Below the pieces are notes generated by a model that saw nothing but the letters and a program-made list of their open reading frames with translations, did no database searches and was not told the DNA's origin. The translations under genes and the position numbers were made by a program. From Bacillota bacterium (lineage in GTDB: Bacteria; Bacillota; Dehalobacteriia; UBA4068), in assembly GCA_030527285.1 (NCBI GenBank), contig JAUNBC010000004.1:5781-69780 (forward strand): DNA of 64,000 nucleotides, written 5' to 3'. Shown one piece after another: positions 26,185 through 37,800 of this stretch; positions within the stretch are counted from its first letter, which is position 1; every line of letters begins with the position of its first letter.

Positions 26185-28589
26185 ATATATCGTATAATTG
26201 GCTCAAGGATTACATAGATCTGGATATCAGCGCCGCGCAGCTGGCGGAGAAAATGACCAACGCCGGCCTGGAGATCGACGAGGTCGTCGAGATCGGCGCG
26301 GAGGTCGAAGGCGTGGTCGTGGGCCGCGTGAGGGAATGCCGCGCGCTCGAAGGTTCCGATCATCTGCATATTTGTCAGGTGGACGTGGGCGGCGAGCAGC
26401 CGCTGAGCATCATCTGCGGCGCGCCCAATGTGCGAGCGGGGCTGACGGTGGCTTGCGCTACCGTGGGCGCTAAACTGCCGGGCGGCTTCATCATCACCAG
26501 CAAAAAGACCTTTGGCGTGGTGTCGGACGGTATGCTGTGCTCGGAGAAGGAATTAGGCATATCCGACGAGCATAGCGGTATCTGGGAGCTGCCGGAGGAG
26601 CTGGAATTAGGCGCGGACGCCTTGACGGCGGCGGGGATACGCGATCAGGTGCTGCTCGTCGATCTGACGCCCAATCGCGCTGATTGCCTGGGTATGCTCA
26701 ATTTTGCCCGCGAGACGGCGGCGCTGACGGGCGGACAGGTACGCGAGCCGCAGCTCGATTATGCGGAGTCGGATGAGCAGATCGGCCGGCTGATCGAGAT
26801 CCGCGTCGAGGATACGGACTTATGCCCGCGTTATTGCGCGCGGCTGGTGCGCGGGGTGAAGATCGGCCCCTCGCCGCTGTGGATGCAGAATTATTTGCGC
26901 GCCGCCGGAATGCGGCCGATCAATAACGTCGTCGATATCTCCAATTTTGTGATGCTGGAAATGGATCAACCGCTGCATACCTTCGATTATCAGCGTATCG
27001 CCGAGCGCCGTATCGTGGTGCGGCAGGCCACAGAAGGCGAGACCATGCAGACCCTGGACGGCAAGGAGCGCGTCTTTGACGGTACGGAGCTTTTGATCTG
27101 CGACGGCTCCGGTCCGGTATGCGTGGCCGGCGTGATGGGCGGCTTTGCCACCGAGGTCACAGCGGCGACTACCGATATCCTCATCGAGGCGGCCTGCTTC
27201 AAGCCGGCCTCGATACGCCGTACTTCCCGCAGCCTGGGCATCCCCTCCGAGGCCTCGCAGCGCTTTGAAAAGGGCGTGGCCGCCGCCGATTGCGACAAGG
27301 CGGCGCGGCGGGCGGCGCAGCTGATGGTCGAGTATTGCGGCGGCACGGCGGTACAGGGAGTTTGCGACGTCAGCGCCGGTGAGTTCATCCCGCGCAAGGC
27401 TTCGATCAGCGCCGGGCGGGTCAACCGTTTGCTCGGCACCGCCTATACCGCCGACGAGGTCAAGGAAGTGCTGCAGCGGCTCAATTTCCCGATAGAACAG
27501 CAGGGCGAGCTGCTGACGGTGACGGTACCGGCGTATCGTCAGGATATCAGCATCGAGGAAGACCTGATCGAGGAAGTAGCGCGGCTCAAGGGCTTCGACA
27601 ATATACCGCAAACGCTGCCGGCGGGCGCGTCGCAGGGCGGGCGCAGTCAGCTGCAATTGCTGACGGCGCGGCTGATCGAGCTATGCGTGGCGCACGGCTT
27701 GTATGAGACCGTCAATTACAGCTTCATCAGCCCGCGCGAGGCGGATAAATTGCAGTTGGACGCCGGTCATCCGTGGCGCGACAATCTGCTGATCGCTAAT
27801 CCGCTGTCCGAGGATATCAGCGTGATGCGTCAAAGCCTGCTGCCGGGTCTGCTGAATACGGCGGCGCGCAATTGGTCGCGGCGCAATCTTGATCTGCGTT
27901 TGTTCGAGGTGGGCAGCGTCTTCCAGCCGGCGGCGCAGCAGCCGGAGCAAAATCAGCCGGAGGAAGTGCGGATGCTCGGCATCGTGCTGGCCGGCAGCGC
28001 GGAGGGCGGCTGGCTGGGCGCGGCGGCGGAGTATGATTATTTCTATCTCAAGGGCGTGGTCGAGAGCATTTTTGCCGGCATGAACATATGCAATCTCTGC
28101 TTCCAGCGCGTCACCGAGCCGTATCTGCATCCGGGACGCAGCGCCGAGCTCAGCCTGGACGGTATCAGCCTCGGCGTGATCGGCGAGCTGCATCCGCAGG
28201 CGGCGGCCGCCTATGAGTTAGAGGGGCGGGTGCTGGTGGCGGAGCTGGCCTTGCCGGCGGTATTCATCAATGCTGCCGCCAATTTGCCGTTACAGCATGA
28301 TCTGCCGCGCTATCCGGCGTCTACCCGCGACATCGCGGTGATCGGCGACAGCGACATCGCGGCCGAGGCTATCGAGGCGGCGATCTATGAGGCGGGCGGC
28401 GAGATACTGCGCAGCGTCAAGCTGTTTGACGTCTATCAGGGTCTGCCGATACCGCCCGATCAGCGCTCGCTGGCCTATGCGTTGAGCTTCCGTCATGCCG
28501 AGCGCACGCTCACCGACAAGGAAGTGGACGAGGCCTTCAACGCCATCGTGGCGGCTTTGCGCGACAGGTACGGGTATAAGCTGCGTTGA
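26181..28589 (+). CDS. pheT: phenylalanine--tRNA ligase beta subunit
   Basis: Start [14 protein letters not shown] overlapping the pheS stop (ATGA). tRNA-binding, B3/4, B5 and FDX-ACB domains. Confidence 0.96.
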   Translation: MNISYNWLKDYIDLDISAAQLAEKMTNAGLEIDEVVEIGAEVEGVVVGRVRECRALEGSDHLHICQVDVGGEQPLSIICGAPNVRAGLTVACATVGAKLPGGFIITSKKTFGVVSDGMLCSEKELGISDEHSGIWELPEELELGADALTAAGIRDQVLLVDLTPNRADCLGMLNFARETAALTGGQVREPQLDYAESDEQIGRLIEIRVEDTDLCPRYCARLVRGVKIGPSPLWMQNYLRAAGMRPINNVVDISNFVMLEMDQPLHTFDYQRIAERRIVVRQATEGETMQTLDGKERVFDGTELLICDGSGPVCVAGVMGGFATEVTAATTDILIEAACFKPASIRRTSRSLGIPSEASQRFEKGVAAADCDKAARRAAQLMVEYCGGTAVQGVCDVSAGEFIPRKASISAGRVNRLLGTAYTADEVKEVLQRLNFPIEQQGELLTVTVPAYRQDISIEEDLIEEVARLKGFDNIPQTLPAGASQGGRSQLQLLTARLIELCVAHGLYETVNYSFISPREADKLQLDAGHPWRDNLLIANPLSEDISVMRQSLLPGLLNTAARNWSRRNLDLRLFEVGSVFQPAAQQPEQNQPEEVRMLGIVLAGSAEGGWLGAAAEYDYFYLKGVVESIFAGMNICNLCFQRVTEPYLHPGRSAELSLDGISLGVIGELHPQAAAAYELEGRVLVAELALPAVFINAAANLPLQHDLPRYPASTRDIAVIGDSDIAAEAIEAAIYEAGGEILRSVKLFDVYQGLPIPPDQRSLAYALSFRHAERTLTDKEVDEAFNAIVAALRDRYGYKLR

Positions 28590-28634
28590 TAGCAGGGCAA
28601 TGCGCTCAGGGCACGCATCAGTTACGGGGAGGTT

Positions 28635-28889
28635 ATGGGTATGGCAGCCACTAATGTTCTGACCGTCACCTTAGACGGCAATGAGTACACGCTGCGCGGC
28701 GATATGAGCCTGCTGCAATTGCAGCGCATCGCCGATCTGACGCAGGCGCGCATCGCGCAGATACGCGCCGCCTGCCCCAATTATACGGCGCAGCGCACGG
28801 CGATGCTGGCGGCTCTGCAATTAGCCGAGGAGCTGCTGCAAGTCAAGGAGGATTATCTGCAACTGCTGGCTGAGGCCGGTATCAAATAA
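28635..28889 (+). CDS. zapA: cell division protein ZapA
   Basis: 84 aa. VTLDGNEYTLRGD...RTAMLAALQLAEELL pattern. Conserved position after pheT. Confidence 0.8.
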   Translation: MGMAATNVLTVTLDGNEYTLRGDMSLLQLQRIADLTQARIAQIRAACPNYTAQRTAMLAALQLAEELLQVKEDYLQLLAEAGIK

Positions 28890-28904
28890 TGACAAGGAGG
28901 ATAT

Positions 28905-29858
28905 ATGAAACTACGCGAACTGTTTGATTTAGCGGTGAAGCTGGGCATAGAGGCCGATCCGCGCGACCGCGCCGAGGTGGAAAAGGTGATGGCCAAGGCG
29001 CAAAAGGCTTATGACAAGCTGGACGACGAGGATAAGCCGTTCTATGACGCCGAGCGGCTGCGCAACCCCTATTCGGATACGCGGCTGCTGCTGGGCGACG
29101 ACGACGCCGAGATCAAGAAGCTGATCTGCGGCGTGGATATGGAGATCGGCGAGGTGATGCTGACCTCGATGCTCAACGCGCAGGGCGCGGGCATCGATTT
29201 GATCATGGCGCATCATCCCGAGGGACTGGGGCTGGCCGGACTGGGCAATCTGATGCATATGCAGGAGCAGATACTGGCCGATAACGGCGTATTGCGCAGC
29301 GTCGCCGAGCAGTACATGGACGAGCGTGTGCGCGAGGTCGATCGCAGCGTCGGCGTGGGCAATCTGATGCGCGCCGTGGACGCGGCCAGATTGGCCGGAT
29401 TGAAAATGATCTGCGTGCATACGCCGGCCGATAATTTTGCGACCAAGTTTATGACGGAGTATTTGGCCGCCGAGCAGCCAGAAACGCTCAACGACCTGTG
29501 CAAATGCATACGCAAGCTGCCCGAATACGCCGAATCGACGAAGCAGGGCGTACCGCCGCGCATCGTTACCGGCAGCGGTCATACCTCCGTGGGCAAGGTG
29601 CTGGTGGATTTCACCGGCGGCACCTCCGGCCCCAAGGAATTTGTGCGCGAGCTGCGCGAGGCCGGTATCTCGACCATCGTCTGCATGCACGCCACGCAGG
29701 GCATGATCGACGTGGCCAAGGAATGCAAGCTCTCTATCGTCATTGCCGGCCACATGGCTTCCGACAGCCTGGGCTTAAATCAGATACTGGATGAATTTGA
29801 GGCGCGCGGCGTGGAGGTCGTCGCTGCCAGCGGCCTGATACGCGTTAAACGCAAATAG
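28905..29858 (+). CDS. NIF3 (DUF34) family metal-binding protein, long clostridial form
   Basis: IDLIMAHHPEG and VIAGHMASDSLG motifs. 317 aa. Confidence 0.65.
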   Translation: MKLRELFDLAVKLGIEADPRDRAEVEKVMAKAQKAYDKLDDEDKPFYDAERLRNPYSDTRLLLGDDDAEIKKLICGVDMEIGEVMLTSMLNAQGAGIDLIMAHHPEGLGLAGLGNLMHMQEQILADNGVLRSVAEQYMDERVREVDRSVGVGNLMRAVDAARLAGLKMICVHTPADNFATKFMTEYLAAEQPETLNDLCKCIRKLPEYAESTKQGVPPRIVTGSGHTSVGKVLVDFTGGTSGPKEFVRELREAGISTIVCMHATQGMIDVAKECKLSIVIAGHMASDSLGLNQILDEFEARGVEVVAASGLIRVKRK

Positions 29859-29871
29859 CGAGTATATTGGC

Positions 29872-29896
29872 AAAAGCCGCTGAACGGCGGCTTTTG
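29872..29896 (+). terminator. rho-independent terminator
   Basis: AAAAGCCGC-tgaacg-GCGGCTTTT. Confidence 0.6.
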
Positions 29897-29928
29897 CTAT
29901 GAGCGGCGTAAACAGAAACGAGGAAAAG

Positions 29929-32388
29929 ATGACCGAACTTTTGGCTCCGGCGGGCGGTTTTGACAGTCTCAAGGCGGCGATCGCCAATGGCGCGAACGCC
30001 GTATATATGGGCGGCAAGGCTTTCTCCGCGCGCGCCTCGGCCGAGAATTTCTCGCTGGAGGAATTGGCGGAAGCTGTACGCTGCGCGCATTTCTATGGGG
30101 TGCGCGTTTACGCCGCCGTCAATACCCTGATCGCGGATAGCGAACTGGCGGCGGCGCTCGAATATGTCGATCAGCTGCAAGCGCTGGGCGTAGACGCGGT
30201 GATCGTGCAGGACGCGGGTCTGTTGATGCTGCTGCATCGCCTGTTCCCCGCGCTGCCGCTGCATGCCTCGACGCAGATGAGCGTGCATAATTCCTGCGGC
30301 GTGCAGGCGGCGGCGGAGCAGGGAGCCGGGCGGGTGATATTGGCGCGCGAATTATCCTTCGCCGATCTCGAGCTGCTCCGCGCGCGCACTCAAGTACCGC
30401 TGGAGGTATTCCTGCATGGCGCGCTATGCGTTTGCTATTCCGGCCAATGCCTGTTTTCCTCGCTGATCGGCGGACGCAGCGGCAATCGCGGCCGTTGCGC
30501 GCAGCCCTGCCGCATGGCCTATAAGTTAGTCGATGAGCATGGCGAGGTCGTCCCGACCGCCGCCTCCGGCAATTATCTGCTGTCGCCGCGCGACCTGTTC
30601 GGCTACCGGCAGCTGGAGCGGCTGCATCAGCTCGGTCTGGCGGCGTGGAAGATCGAGGGGCGGATGAAAAGGCCGGAGTACGTGGCCACCGTCTGCCGTG
30701 TGTATGCGAAAATGCTGCGCCTGCTGGACGAGCGGCGGATCATTTATCCGCAGGATGAAGATATGCGCGAGCTGTTGCAGGCGTTCAACCGCGATCAATG
30801 CAGCGGCTATTGGCTCGGCAATGCCGGAGCGTCGCTGATGAGTTACAGCCGCCCCAATAACCGCGGGCTGCTGCTGGGTCGCGTCACACAGGCGCGGCAG
30901 GGCATGCTGAGCATCAAGCTCAGTCAGCCGCTGGCCTTGGGCGACGGCATAGAGATCTGGCTGCGCGGCAGCCGCGAGGGGTTGACGGTGAGCAAGATCA
31001 TCGCCGACGGCGCGGAGACGGACAGCGCCGCCGCCGGTCAGCTGGTGCAAATACCCGCGGCTTTCGGCCATGCGGGTGACCGTGTGTTCAAGACCTTTGA
31101 CGCGCCGCTGAATCAGCGGGCGCGCGACAGTTACCGGCAATTACCGGCCAAGCGCGTCGATATGACGATCACGGCGCGGCTCGGCCAGCCTTTGCGCTTA
31201 TCCGCCGTCGATGAGGACGGCTATCAGGCGCGGCTGGACAGCGATTATGTCGTGGAGCAGGCCAGGACCTCATGCTCGGATCTGCGAGCGGCGCGGGCGC
31301 AATTAGCGCGGCTGGGCGGCAGCGGTTATCAGCTGGGCGAGCTGGACGGGCAGCTGGATAAGGATATCATTTTGCCGGCCTCGGTGCTGAACGATTGCCG
31401 CCGCCGGCTGATAGCGCAGTTGACAGAGCAGCGTGTGCCGGGCGGGACGCGGCCGCGCCTCGCGCCGCGGCAGCTGAGGGCGGCCTTGGCCGCCTATGGC
31501 GCGGCGGCGGACGGCAAGGCTGCTCCGTCTGTGCATTTGACGGCGCTGGTGGATACGCCGGAGCAGGCGCTGCTGGCGGTGGATTGCGGCTGCGCCGATA
31601 TCTATTATGACGTCAGCGCGCGCGGCGGCGGCGATGTGGGCGAGCTGGCGCGGCGGCTGACGGCGCAGGGAGCGGCGCTGGCTGTGTATCTGCCGCAGAT
31701 CATCGCCGAGCAGCAATTAGACGCATGGCGGCGGCGTATCGGCGTATGGCGCGAGCAGCCGCTCGCGGCGGCGGTGGCGAACAATATCGGGCAGGCGCGG
31801 CTGCTGCTCGACAGCGGCTGGCGGCAGGCCATATACGGCGGCGCGGCGCTGAACGTCTATAACAGCGCAAGCTGCGAGTTCTACCGCGAGCAAGGGTTGA
31901 CGCGGCTATGCCTGTCGCCGGAGCTGACCTTGGAGCAGCTGCGCGGCATCGACGCCGGCGGCGTGCAGCGCGAGCTGGCGGTGCTCGGCGCTCAGCAGCT
32001 GATGATCAGCGAATACTGCGCTTTAGGCGCGTTGCTGGGCGGGCGCGACGCGGGCAAGAAATGCTCCGCGCCCTGCCGCGAGGCGCGGCGCTACGCGCTG
32101 CGCGACGACAAGAATTACAGCTTCCCCATTCGTGTGGACGCGGATTGCCGGATGCACGTTTACAATTCGCGGCAGCTGTGCCTGTTAGAGGAGCTGGAGC
32201 GGCTGACGGCGGCGGGCATCGGCAGTATGCTGCTCGATCTGCGCTTATATCAGCCGCAGCAGGCGCGGCGTTTGCTGGAGCTGTTCCGCATGGCGCTGTT
32301 TGACAGCTTTGGCCTGGCGGAGGCCGTTGCCAAACTGCCGCAGGTATTGCAGGACTATACCAAAGGGCATCTGTACCGCGGAGTATGA
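29929..32388 (+). CDS. U32 family protein (peptidase U32 / RlhA-TrhP-UbiUV superfamily), long two-module form
   Basis: Start MTELLAPAGGFDSLKAAIANGANAVYMGG. U32 signature EVFLHGALCVCYSGQCLFSS. Second module at the C-terminus. 819 aa. Confidence 0.85.
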   Translation: MTELLAPAGGFDSLKAAIANGANAVYMGGKAFSARASAENFSLEELAEAVRCAHFYGVRVYAAVNTLIADSELAAALEYVDQLQALGVDAVIVQDAGLLMLLHRLFPALPLHASTQMSVHNSCGVQAAAEQGAGRVILARELSFADLELLRARTQVPLEVFLHGALCVCYSGQCLFSSLIGGRSGNRGRCAQPCRMAYKLVDEHGEVVPTAASGNYLLSPRDLFGYRQLERLHQLGLAAWKIEGRMKRPEYVATVCRVYAKMLRLLDERRIIYPQDEDMRELLQAFNRDQCSGYWLGNAGASLMSYSRPNNRGLLLGRVTQARQGMLSIKLSQPLALGDGIEIWLRGSREGLTVSKIIADGAETDSAAAGQLVQIPAAFGHAGDRVFKTFDAPLNQRARDSYRQLPAKRVDMTITARLGQPLRLSAVDEDGYQARLDSDYVVEQARTSCSDLRAARAQLARLGGSGYQLGELDGQLDKDIILPASVLNDCRRRLIAQLTEQRVPGGTRPRLAPRQLRAALAAYGAAADGKAAPSVHLTALVDTPEQALLAVDCGCADIYYDVSARGGGDVGELARRLTAQGAALAVYLPQIIAEQQLDAWRRRIGVWREQPLAAAVANNIGQARLLLDSGWRQAIYGGAALNVYNSASCEFYREQGLTRLCLSPELTLEQLRGIDAGGVQRELAVLGAQQLMISEYCALGALLGGRDAGKKCSAPCREARRYALRDDKNYSFPIRVDADCRMHVYNSRQLCLLEELERLTAAGIGSMLLDLRLYQPQQARRLLELFRMALFDSFGLAEAVAKLPQVLQDYTKGHLYRGV

Positions 32389-32410
32389 AAACCGATATGG
32401 AGAGCGAACG

Positions 32411-34771
32411 ATGAATGACAGATCGCTGCAAAAGCTCGAATTTGATAAAATAACCGCCCGCGTCGCCGCCTATTGCGGCTTTAGCCTGTCGCGCGAATTG
32501 GCGGAACGGCTGACGCCCGCGGCTTCGGCATATGAGGCCGAGCAATTGCAGGCCGAGACCGAGGAGGCGCGGCAGCTGATACGCAATTTCCCCACCTTCG
32601 CGCTGGGCGGGCTATGGGATATACGCCCGCATCTGCGCCATGCCGAGATCGGCGGCGTCCTTGAACCGCAGCAGCTAGTCAACGTCAGCGACCTCTGCCG
32701 CGCGGCGCGGCAGGCCAAGAGCTTCTTCTCCGAGCTGAAGGGCAATTATCCGCTGCTGACGGCGCTCGGTAAATCGCTGATCGTGATCAAGACCATCGAG
32801 ACGGCGGTGGAGAAGGCGATCGGCGCGGATATGCAGGTCAACGATAACGCCTCGGAGCGGCTGGCGGGATTGCGGCGCAAGGGACGCGACAAAGGCGAAC
32901 GCATCAAGGAAAAGCTGGACGGCATGATCCGTAATCCGGCCACGGTCAAGTTTTTGCAGGAGCCGATAGTCACGATACGCGAGGGGCGCTTCGTCGTGCC
33001 GGTGCGGCAGGAATACCGCGGCGCGGTGCCGGGGGTCGCGCATGATACCAGCGCTTCCGGCGCGACGGTGTTTATCGAGCCGCTGGCGGTGATGGAGCTG
33101 AACAATGAGCTGGCGGCGATACGCCGTGAGGAGGACGAGGAGATCGCCGCTATCCTGCGCGCCCTGAGCATGGTGGTGGCGGGCTTTGCCGACGAGCTGA
33201 ACGCCGATCTGGCCTTGCTGGCGCGGCTCGACTTCATCATGGCCAAGGGGCAGTACAGCTATGAGCTGGACGGCTGTATGCCCAAGATCAACCGGCAGGG
33301 GCGGATACGCCTGATCAAGGCGCGTCATCCGCTGATCCCCGCCGAGCGCGTGGTGCCGATAGACGTGCTGCTGGAGCGCAATATTCAGGCTATGGTGATC
33401 ACCGGCCCCAATACCGGCGGCAAAACGGTGACGCTGAAAACGATCGGCCTGCTGACGGCGATGGCGATGGCCGGCCTGCATATACCCGCGGAATACGGCT
33501 CGGAGCTTTCAGCCTTCGCCGGCATTTACGCCGATATCGGCGACGAGCAGAGCATCGAGCAGAGCCTGTCTACCTTCTCCTCGCATATGAGCAATATCGT
33601 CGAGATCTCCGCCGAGGCCAAAGAGGACTGCCTGGTGCTGCTCGACGAGCTGGGAGCAGGCACCGATCCGACCGAGGGCGCGGCGCTGGCGATGGCGATA
33701 CTGCGCTATCTCAAGGAGCGCGGCGCCAAGATCGTCGCCACCACGCATTATAGCGAGCTCAAGGCTTTTGCTTACAATAACGAGGGCTTCATCAACGCCT
33801 CGATGGAATTCGATATCGCCACTCTTTCGCCGACCTACCGGCTGCAAATGGGCATACCCGGCAAGAGCAACGCCTTCGAGATCAGCCGCCGTCTGGGCTT
33901 GGACGAGAGCATCATCGACGCGGCGGCGGCCAGCCTTTCTACCGAGGACGTGGCGGTGGCGGCGATGCTGGCGGAGCTGGAGGATCTGCGTCGCAGCTTG
34001 AGCGAGCAGCAGCAGCAATTGCAGCAGCGCGAGCAGGATATGCGGCAGCGCGAGCAGCAGCTGACGGCGGCGCGGCAGCTGGCGGCGCGTCAGCACGCCG
34101 AGGCTATCGCCGCGGCCAACAACGAGGCGCAGCGCATACTCGACGAGACCCTGGAGAAAAGCCGCGCTCTCTATCAGCAGCAGCAACAGCAAATAGCGGA
34201 AAAAAAGTCGGCCGAGCGGGTATGGCAGGAGACGCAAAAGCAGCTCAAGAGCTGGCGCGAACAATTGGAGAAGCAGCGTCCGGAGCCGGTATTCGCCGGA
34301 GACGCGCCGAAGAAGGTCGAGGCCGGAGATTATTTCTATCTGCCCAAGCTCGATAAATACGGCTATGCCTTGGCCGGGGAGGATAATGGCGAGGTGCTGC
34401 TGCAAGTGGGTCTGATCAAGCTGCGCGCCAAACTCAAGGATATACGCGCCGCCCAGCCGCGCGAGGAGCAGGGCGGGCGCAAGAGTTATGGCGGCGGCAA
34501 GATCGCCGTGAACAAGGCGGCGGCGGTGGAGAGTTCTCTCGACCTGCACGGGCTGGAGACGATGGAGGCGCTGCCGCTGCTCGATAAATATATCGACGAC
34601 GCTTTCATTGCCGGCCTGCGGCAGGTGCAGATCAATCATGGCCGCGGCACCGGCGCGCTGCGCAGATTCGTGCGCGAATACTTGCGCGGGCATCGCTTGG
34701 TGCGCTCCTACCGTGACGGCGATAACTATGAGGGCGGGCGCGGCGTGACTATCGTCGAGCTGGATCAGTAA
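32411..34771 (+). CDS. mutS2: endonuclease MutS2
   Basis: Start MNDRSLQKLEFDKI. Walker A GPNTGGKTV. Q-rich coiled coil. C-terminal Smr domain LDLHGLETMEA...HGRGTGALR. Confidence 0.93.
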   Translation: MNDRSLQKLEFDKITARVAAYCGFSLSRELAERLTPAASAYEAEQLQAETEEARQLIRNFPTFALGGLWDIRPHLRHAEIGGVLEPQQLVNVSDLCRAARQAKSFFSELKGNYPLLTALGKSLIVIKTIETAVEKAIGADMQVNDNASERLAGLRRKGRDKGERIKEKLDGMIRNPATVKFLQEPIVTIREGRFVVPVRQEYRGAVPGVAHDTSASGATVFIEPLAVMELNNELAAIRREEDEEIAAILRALSMVVAGFADELNADLALLARLDFIMAKGQYSYELDGCMPKINRQGRIRLIKARHPLIPAERVVPIDVLLERNIQAMVITGPNTGGKTVTLKTIGLLTAMAMAGLHIPAEYGSELSAFAGIYADIGDEQSIEQSLSTFSSHMSNIVEISAEAKEDCLVLLDELGAGTDPTEGAALAMAILRYLKERGAKIVATTHYSELKAFAYNNEGFINASMEFDIATLSPTYRLQMGIPGKSNAFEISRRLGLDESIIDAAAASLSTEDVAVAAMLAELEDLRRSLSEQQQQLQQREQDMRQREQQLTAARQLAARQHAEAIAAANNEAQRILDETLEKSRALYQQQQQQIAEKKSAERVWQETQKQLKSWREQLEKQRPEPVFAGDAPKKVEAGDYFYLPKLDKYGYALAGEDNGEVLLQVGLIKLRAKLKDIRAAQPREEQGGRKSYGGGKIAVNKAAAVESSLDLHGLETMEALPLLDKYIDDAFIAGLRQVQINHGRGTGALRRFVREYLRGHRLVRSYRDGDNYEGGRGVTIVELDQ

Positions 34772-34842
34772 ATGAGAGGTTGTTCGAAAACCCGCAAATC
34801 CGCCGGCGCCGTTTATGGATGCGCTGGCGCGGAGGGCAGCAT

Positions 34843-37800
34843 ATGAGCGTGCGCTTTATCCTCGGGCCGGCCGGCTCGGGCAAGACCTATCATTGCCTGC
34901 AACAGATAAGCGAGGCGGCCGGGCGGCAGCCCTTCGGCGCGCCGCTGATATTTTTGTTGCCGGAGCAGGCTACCTTTATCCATGAGCGGATGCTGGCCGA
35001 GCGGCTGGGCTGCTTTTGCCGCGCCGAGGCGCTGAGCTTTGACCGCATGATATACCGGATGCGCGGGCAGCTGGGCGGCGAGAGCGCGCCGTTTTTGTCC
35101 GAGGCCGGAAAAATGCTGATGATGAGCAAGATCCTGAGCGCCGACCGCGAGCGCTTGATGCTGTTTAGCGCGGGCGCGGCAAACAGCGGGCTGGCTGCCG
35201 ATCTGGTGTCGCTGTTCGAGGAGCTGCAGGCCTATGACGTCGGCGTGCCGCGTCTGGCAGCGCTGGCGGCGCATACGGCGCGGCATCAGCCGCAGCAGGC
35301 ATGGAGCCGTAAATTGGCCGACGTGGCGCTGCTCTATGAGCATTATATGGCCGAGATGAGCGAGGCCTATGGCAGCAAGGCGGCGGCGATGCGCGAATTG
35401 GCGGCGACGATCGGCGAGGGCCGCTATTTGGCGGGAGCCGCCGTGTATGTGGACGGATACAGCGAGTTTACGCCCTTGGAAATGTCGGTGTTAGCGGCGC
35501 TGATGCAGCGCGCCGGACGGCTGGAGATCGCGCTGCCCATGGATATCGACGACGAAGGCATGGTCGGCGACGAGCAGTTATTTGCCGCCAGCGCCGCCGC
35601 CTATGCGGCGTTGACGGAGACGGCGCGGCGTTTGCGCGTCGAGGTGGAGCCGCCGCTGATCCTTGACGGGCGCGCGCAGGGGCGGTTTGCGCGTCAGCCG
35701 GAGCTGGCGGCTCTGGAGCGATCGCTGCGCGGCATACGGCAAGCGCCGAGCGAGCAGCCGCCGCAGAACGTCAGCCTGCATACGGCGCTGGACCGGCGCG
35801 AGGAATTGCAGGGCGTGGGGCGCGAGATCATGCGGCTGGTGCGCGAGCAGGGATTGCGCTTTCGCGATATCAGCGTCATCACCCGCGACAGCGAGCCTTA
35901 CCGGCATCTGCTGCCCACGGTGTTCGGCGATATGGGCATACCGTATTTTATCGACAGCAAAAAGCCGCTGCTCTATCATCCGTTGATCGAGCTGGTGCGC
36001 GCCTTTTTGGAGATACGCGCTTATCGCCCGCAATACCGCAATATCTTCCGCTATCTGAAAAATCCGCTCTCGCCCATCGCCGGTATCGAGGCCGATATGC
36101 TGGAGAACTATGCGCTGGCCTATGGGGTCAAAGCGTGGCAATGGACGGACGGACGGCCATGGACGCGCGTCTCCGCCAAGGAGCCGGAGGGCTATCTGAC
36201 GGAGATCGAGCGCATTCGCCATCTGGGCGCGGACAGCCTGCTGGCCGCGCTGAACAAGCTGCCCGATGCGGCTACCGCCGCCGAGCTGAACGCGGCGCTG
36301 CTGCAATTACTGCGCGAGCTGGGCGTGGACGACAAGCTGGCGGCCTGGGAGCGCGAGGCGCTGCTGACCGGCGACGGCGAGGCCGCCGAAACGCAGCGGC
36401 AGGTATGGAGCAAGCTGCTGGCCTTTTTCGCTGAGGCGGAGCAGCTATTGGGCGAGACGCGCTTTACGGCGGCGCAATTTGCCGAGCTGTATGACGCGGC
36501 CTTCCGCGCCTTGACGCTGTCGATGATACCGCCCGGACTCGACCAGGTGCTGGTCGCCTCTTTGGAGCGCAGCCGCAATCCGGAGATCGGCGCGGCCTTC
36601 GTGCTGTCGCTCAATGACGGCGTGTTGCCGGCGCGGGTCAACGAGGGCGGCGTATTCAGCGATGCCGAGCGCCGTACTCTGGCCGAGGCGGGGCTGTCTT
36701 TGGCGCCGGACAGCGTCAGCCGCCAGTTCCGCGAGAATTATCTGGCTTACGTGGCCTTGACGCGCAGCGGCGGGCAGTTGGCGCTCAGTTATCTGCTTGC
36801 CGACGACGATGGCGCGTCTCTGGCTCCTTCGACGCTGATCCGCCAGCTGCGCCGCCTGTGGCCGCAATTACAGCCGCAAGCGTACGGCGAGCCCCTGGAC
36901 GAGCGGCGGCTGATCGGCGGAGTCAGCGATCTGGCGGCCTGCGCCGTGCAGTTGAGCCGCGCCCGCGCCGGTCAGGCTATCGACGGTTTCTGGTGGCCGG
37001 TGTACGGCTATTATCAGCGGAACGAGCGGTATCGCCCGCAGTTGGCGGCGGTGCTGGACGGGCTTTACTATCGCCCGCTCAGCCAGCCCTTGAGCGCGGC
37101 CTCGCGCCAACGGCTGTATGGCGGGCGCATACGCGGCTCGGCCTCGCGGCTGGAAAAGTTCCGTCTCTGTCCCTTTTCCTATTTTGCCGGTTATGGCTTA
37201 AAACTCAAGCCGCGCGAGGAATACAAGCTCGATGCGGCGGCGCGCGGCGAGCTGTTCCATCAGGTGCTGGCGGATATCGGGCGCGCGGTGGCCGGAGGAG
37301 CCGCCGATTGGCAGACTATGCAGCGTGAGCAGGCTGAACGGTTGGTCGATAGCGCTTTGGCGCGCTATTTGCCGCATCTGCTGGCCGGAGTGCTGCAATC
37401 ATCGGCGCGTTACCGCTATTTGAGCGGCCGCATCCGCGAGGCGCTTGTCGCCACGCTGCTGCTGCAAGCCGAGCAATACCGCGCCGGCGAATTTGTGACC
37501 GTGGCCTGGGAGCTGCCCTTCGGCTTGGGCGGCGACGGCCTGCCGGCCCTGGTGATCGAGCTGGGCGGCGGCAAACGCCTGGAGATCTGCGGCGTGATCG
37601 ACCGCGTGGATATGGCGGCGGGGCAAAACGTCAACTGGTTCCGTATCGTCGATTATAAGACCGGCGCGGTCAGCTTGTCCGCCGAGGATATATTCAGCGG
37701 TTTGAAAATGCAGCTGATGCTCTATTTGCAGGTGGTGCTGCAAAACAGCGGCGCTTTTGCTCCCGGGCAGGCGGCGGCGGCCGGCGTTTATTATGCGCCG

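Noticed and set aside
33509-34693. 394-aa minus-strand ORF antisense to mutS2
   Set aside because: Shadow ORF created by the Q/E/A-rich coiled-coil coding region of MutS2. Similar cases were rejected for the same reason: 16313-17197, 26820-27656, 40154-41080, 15723-16391 and 55932-56543.
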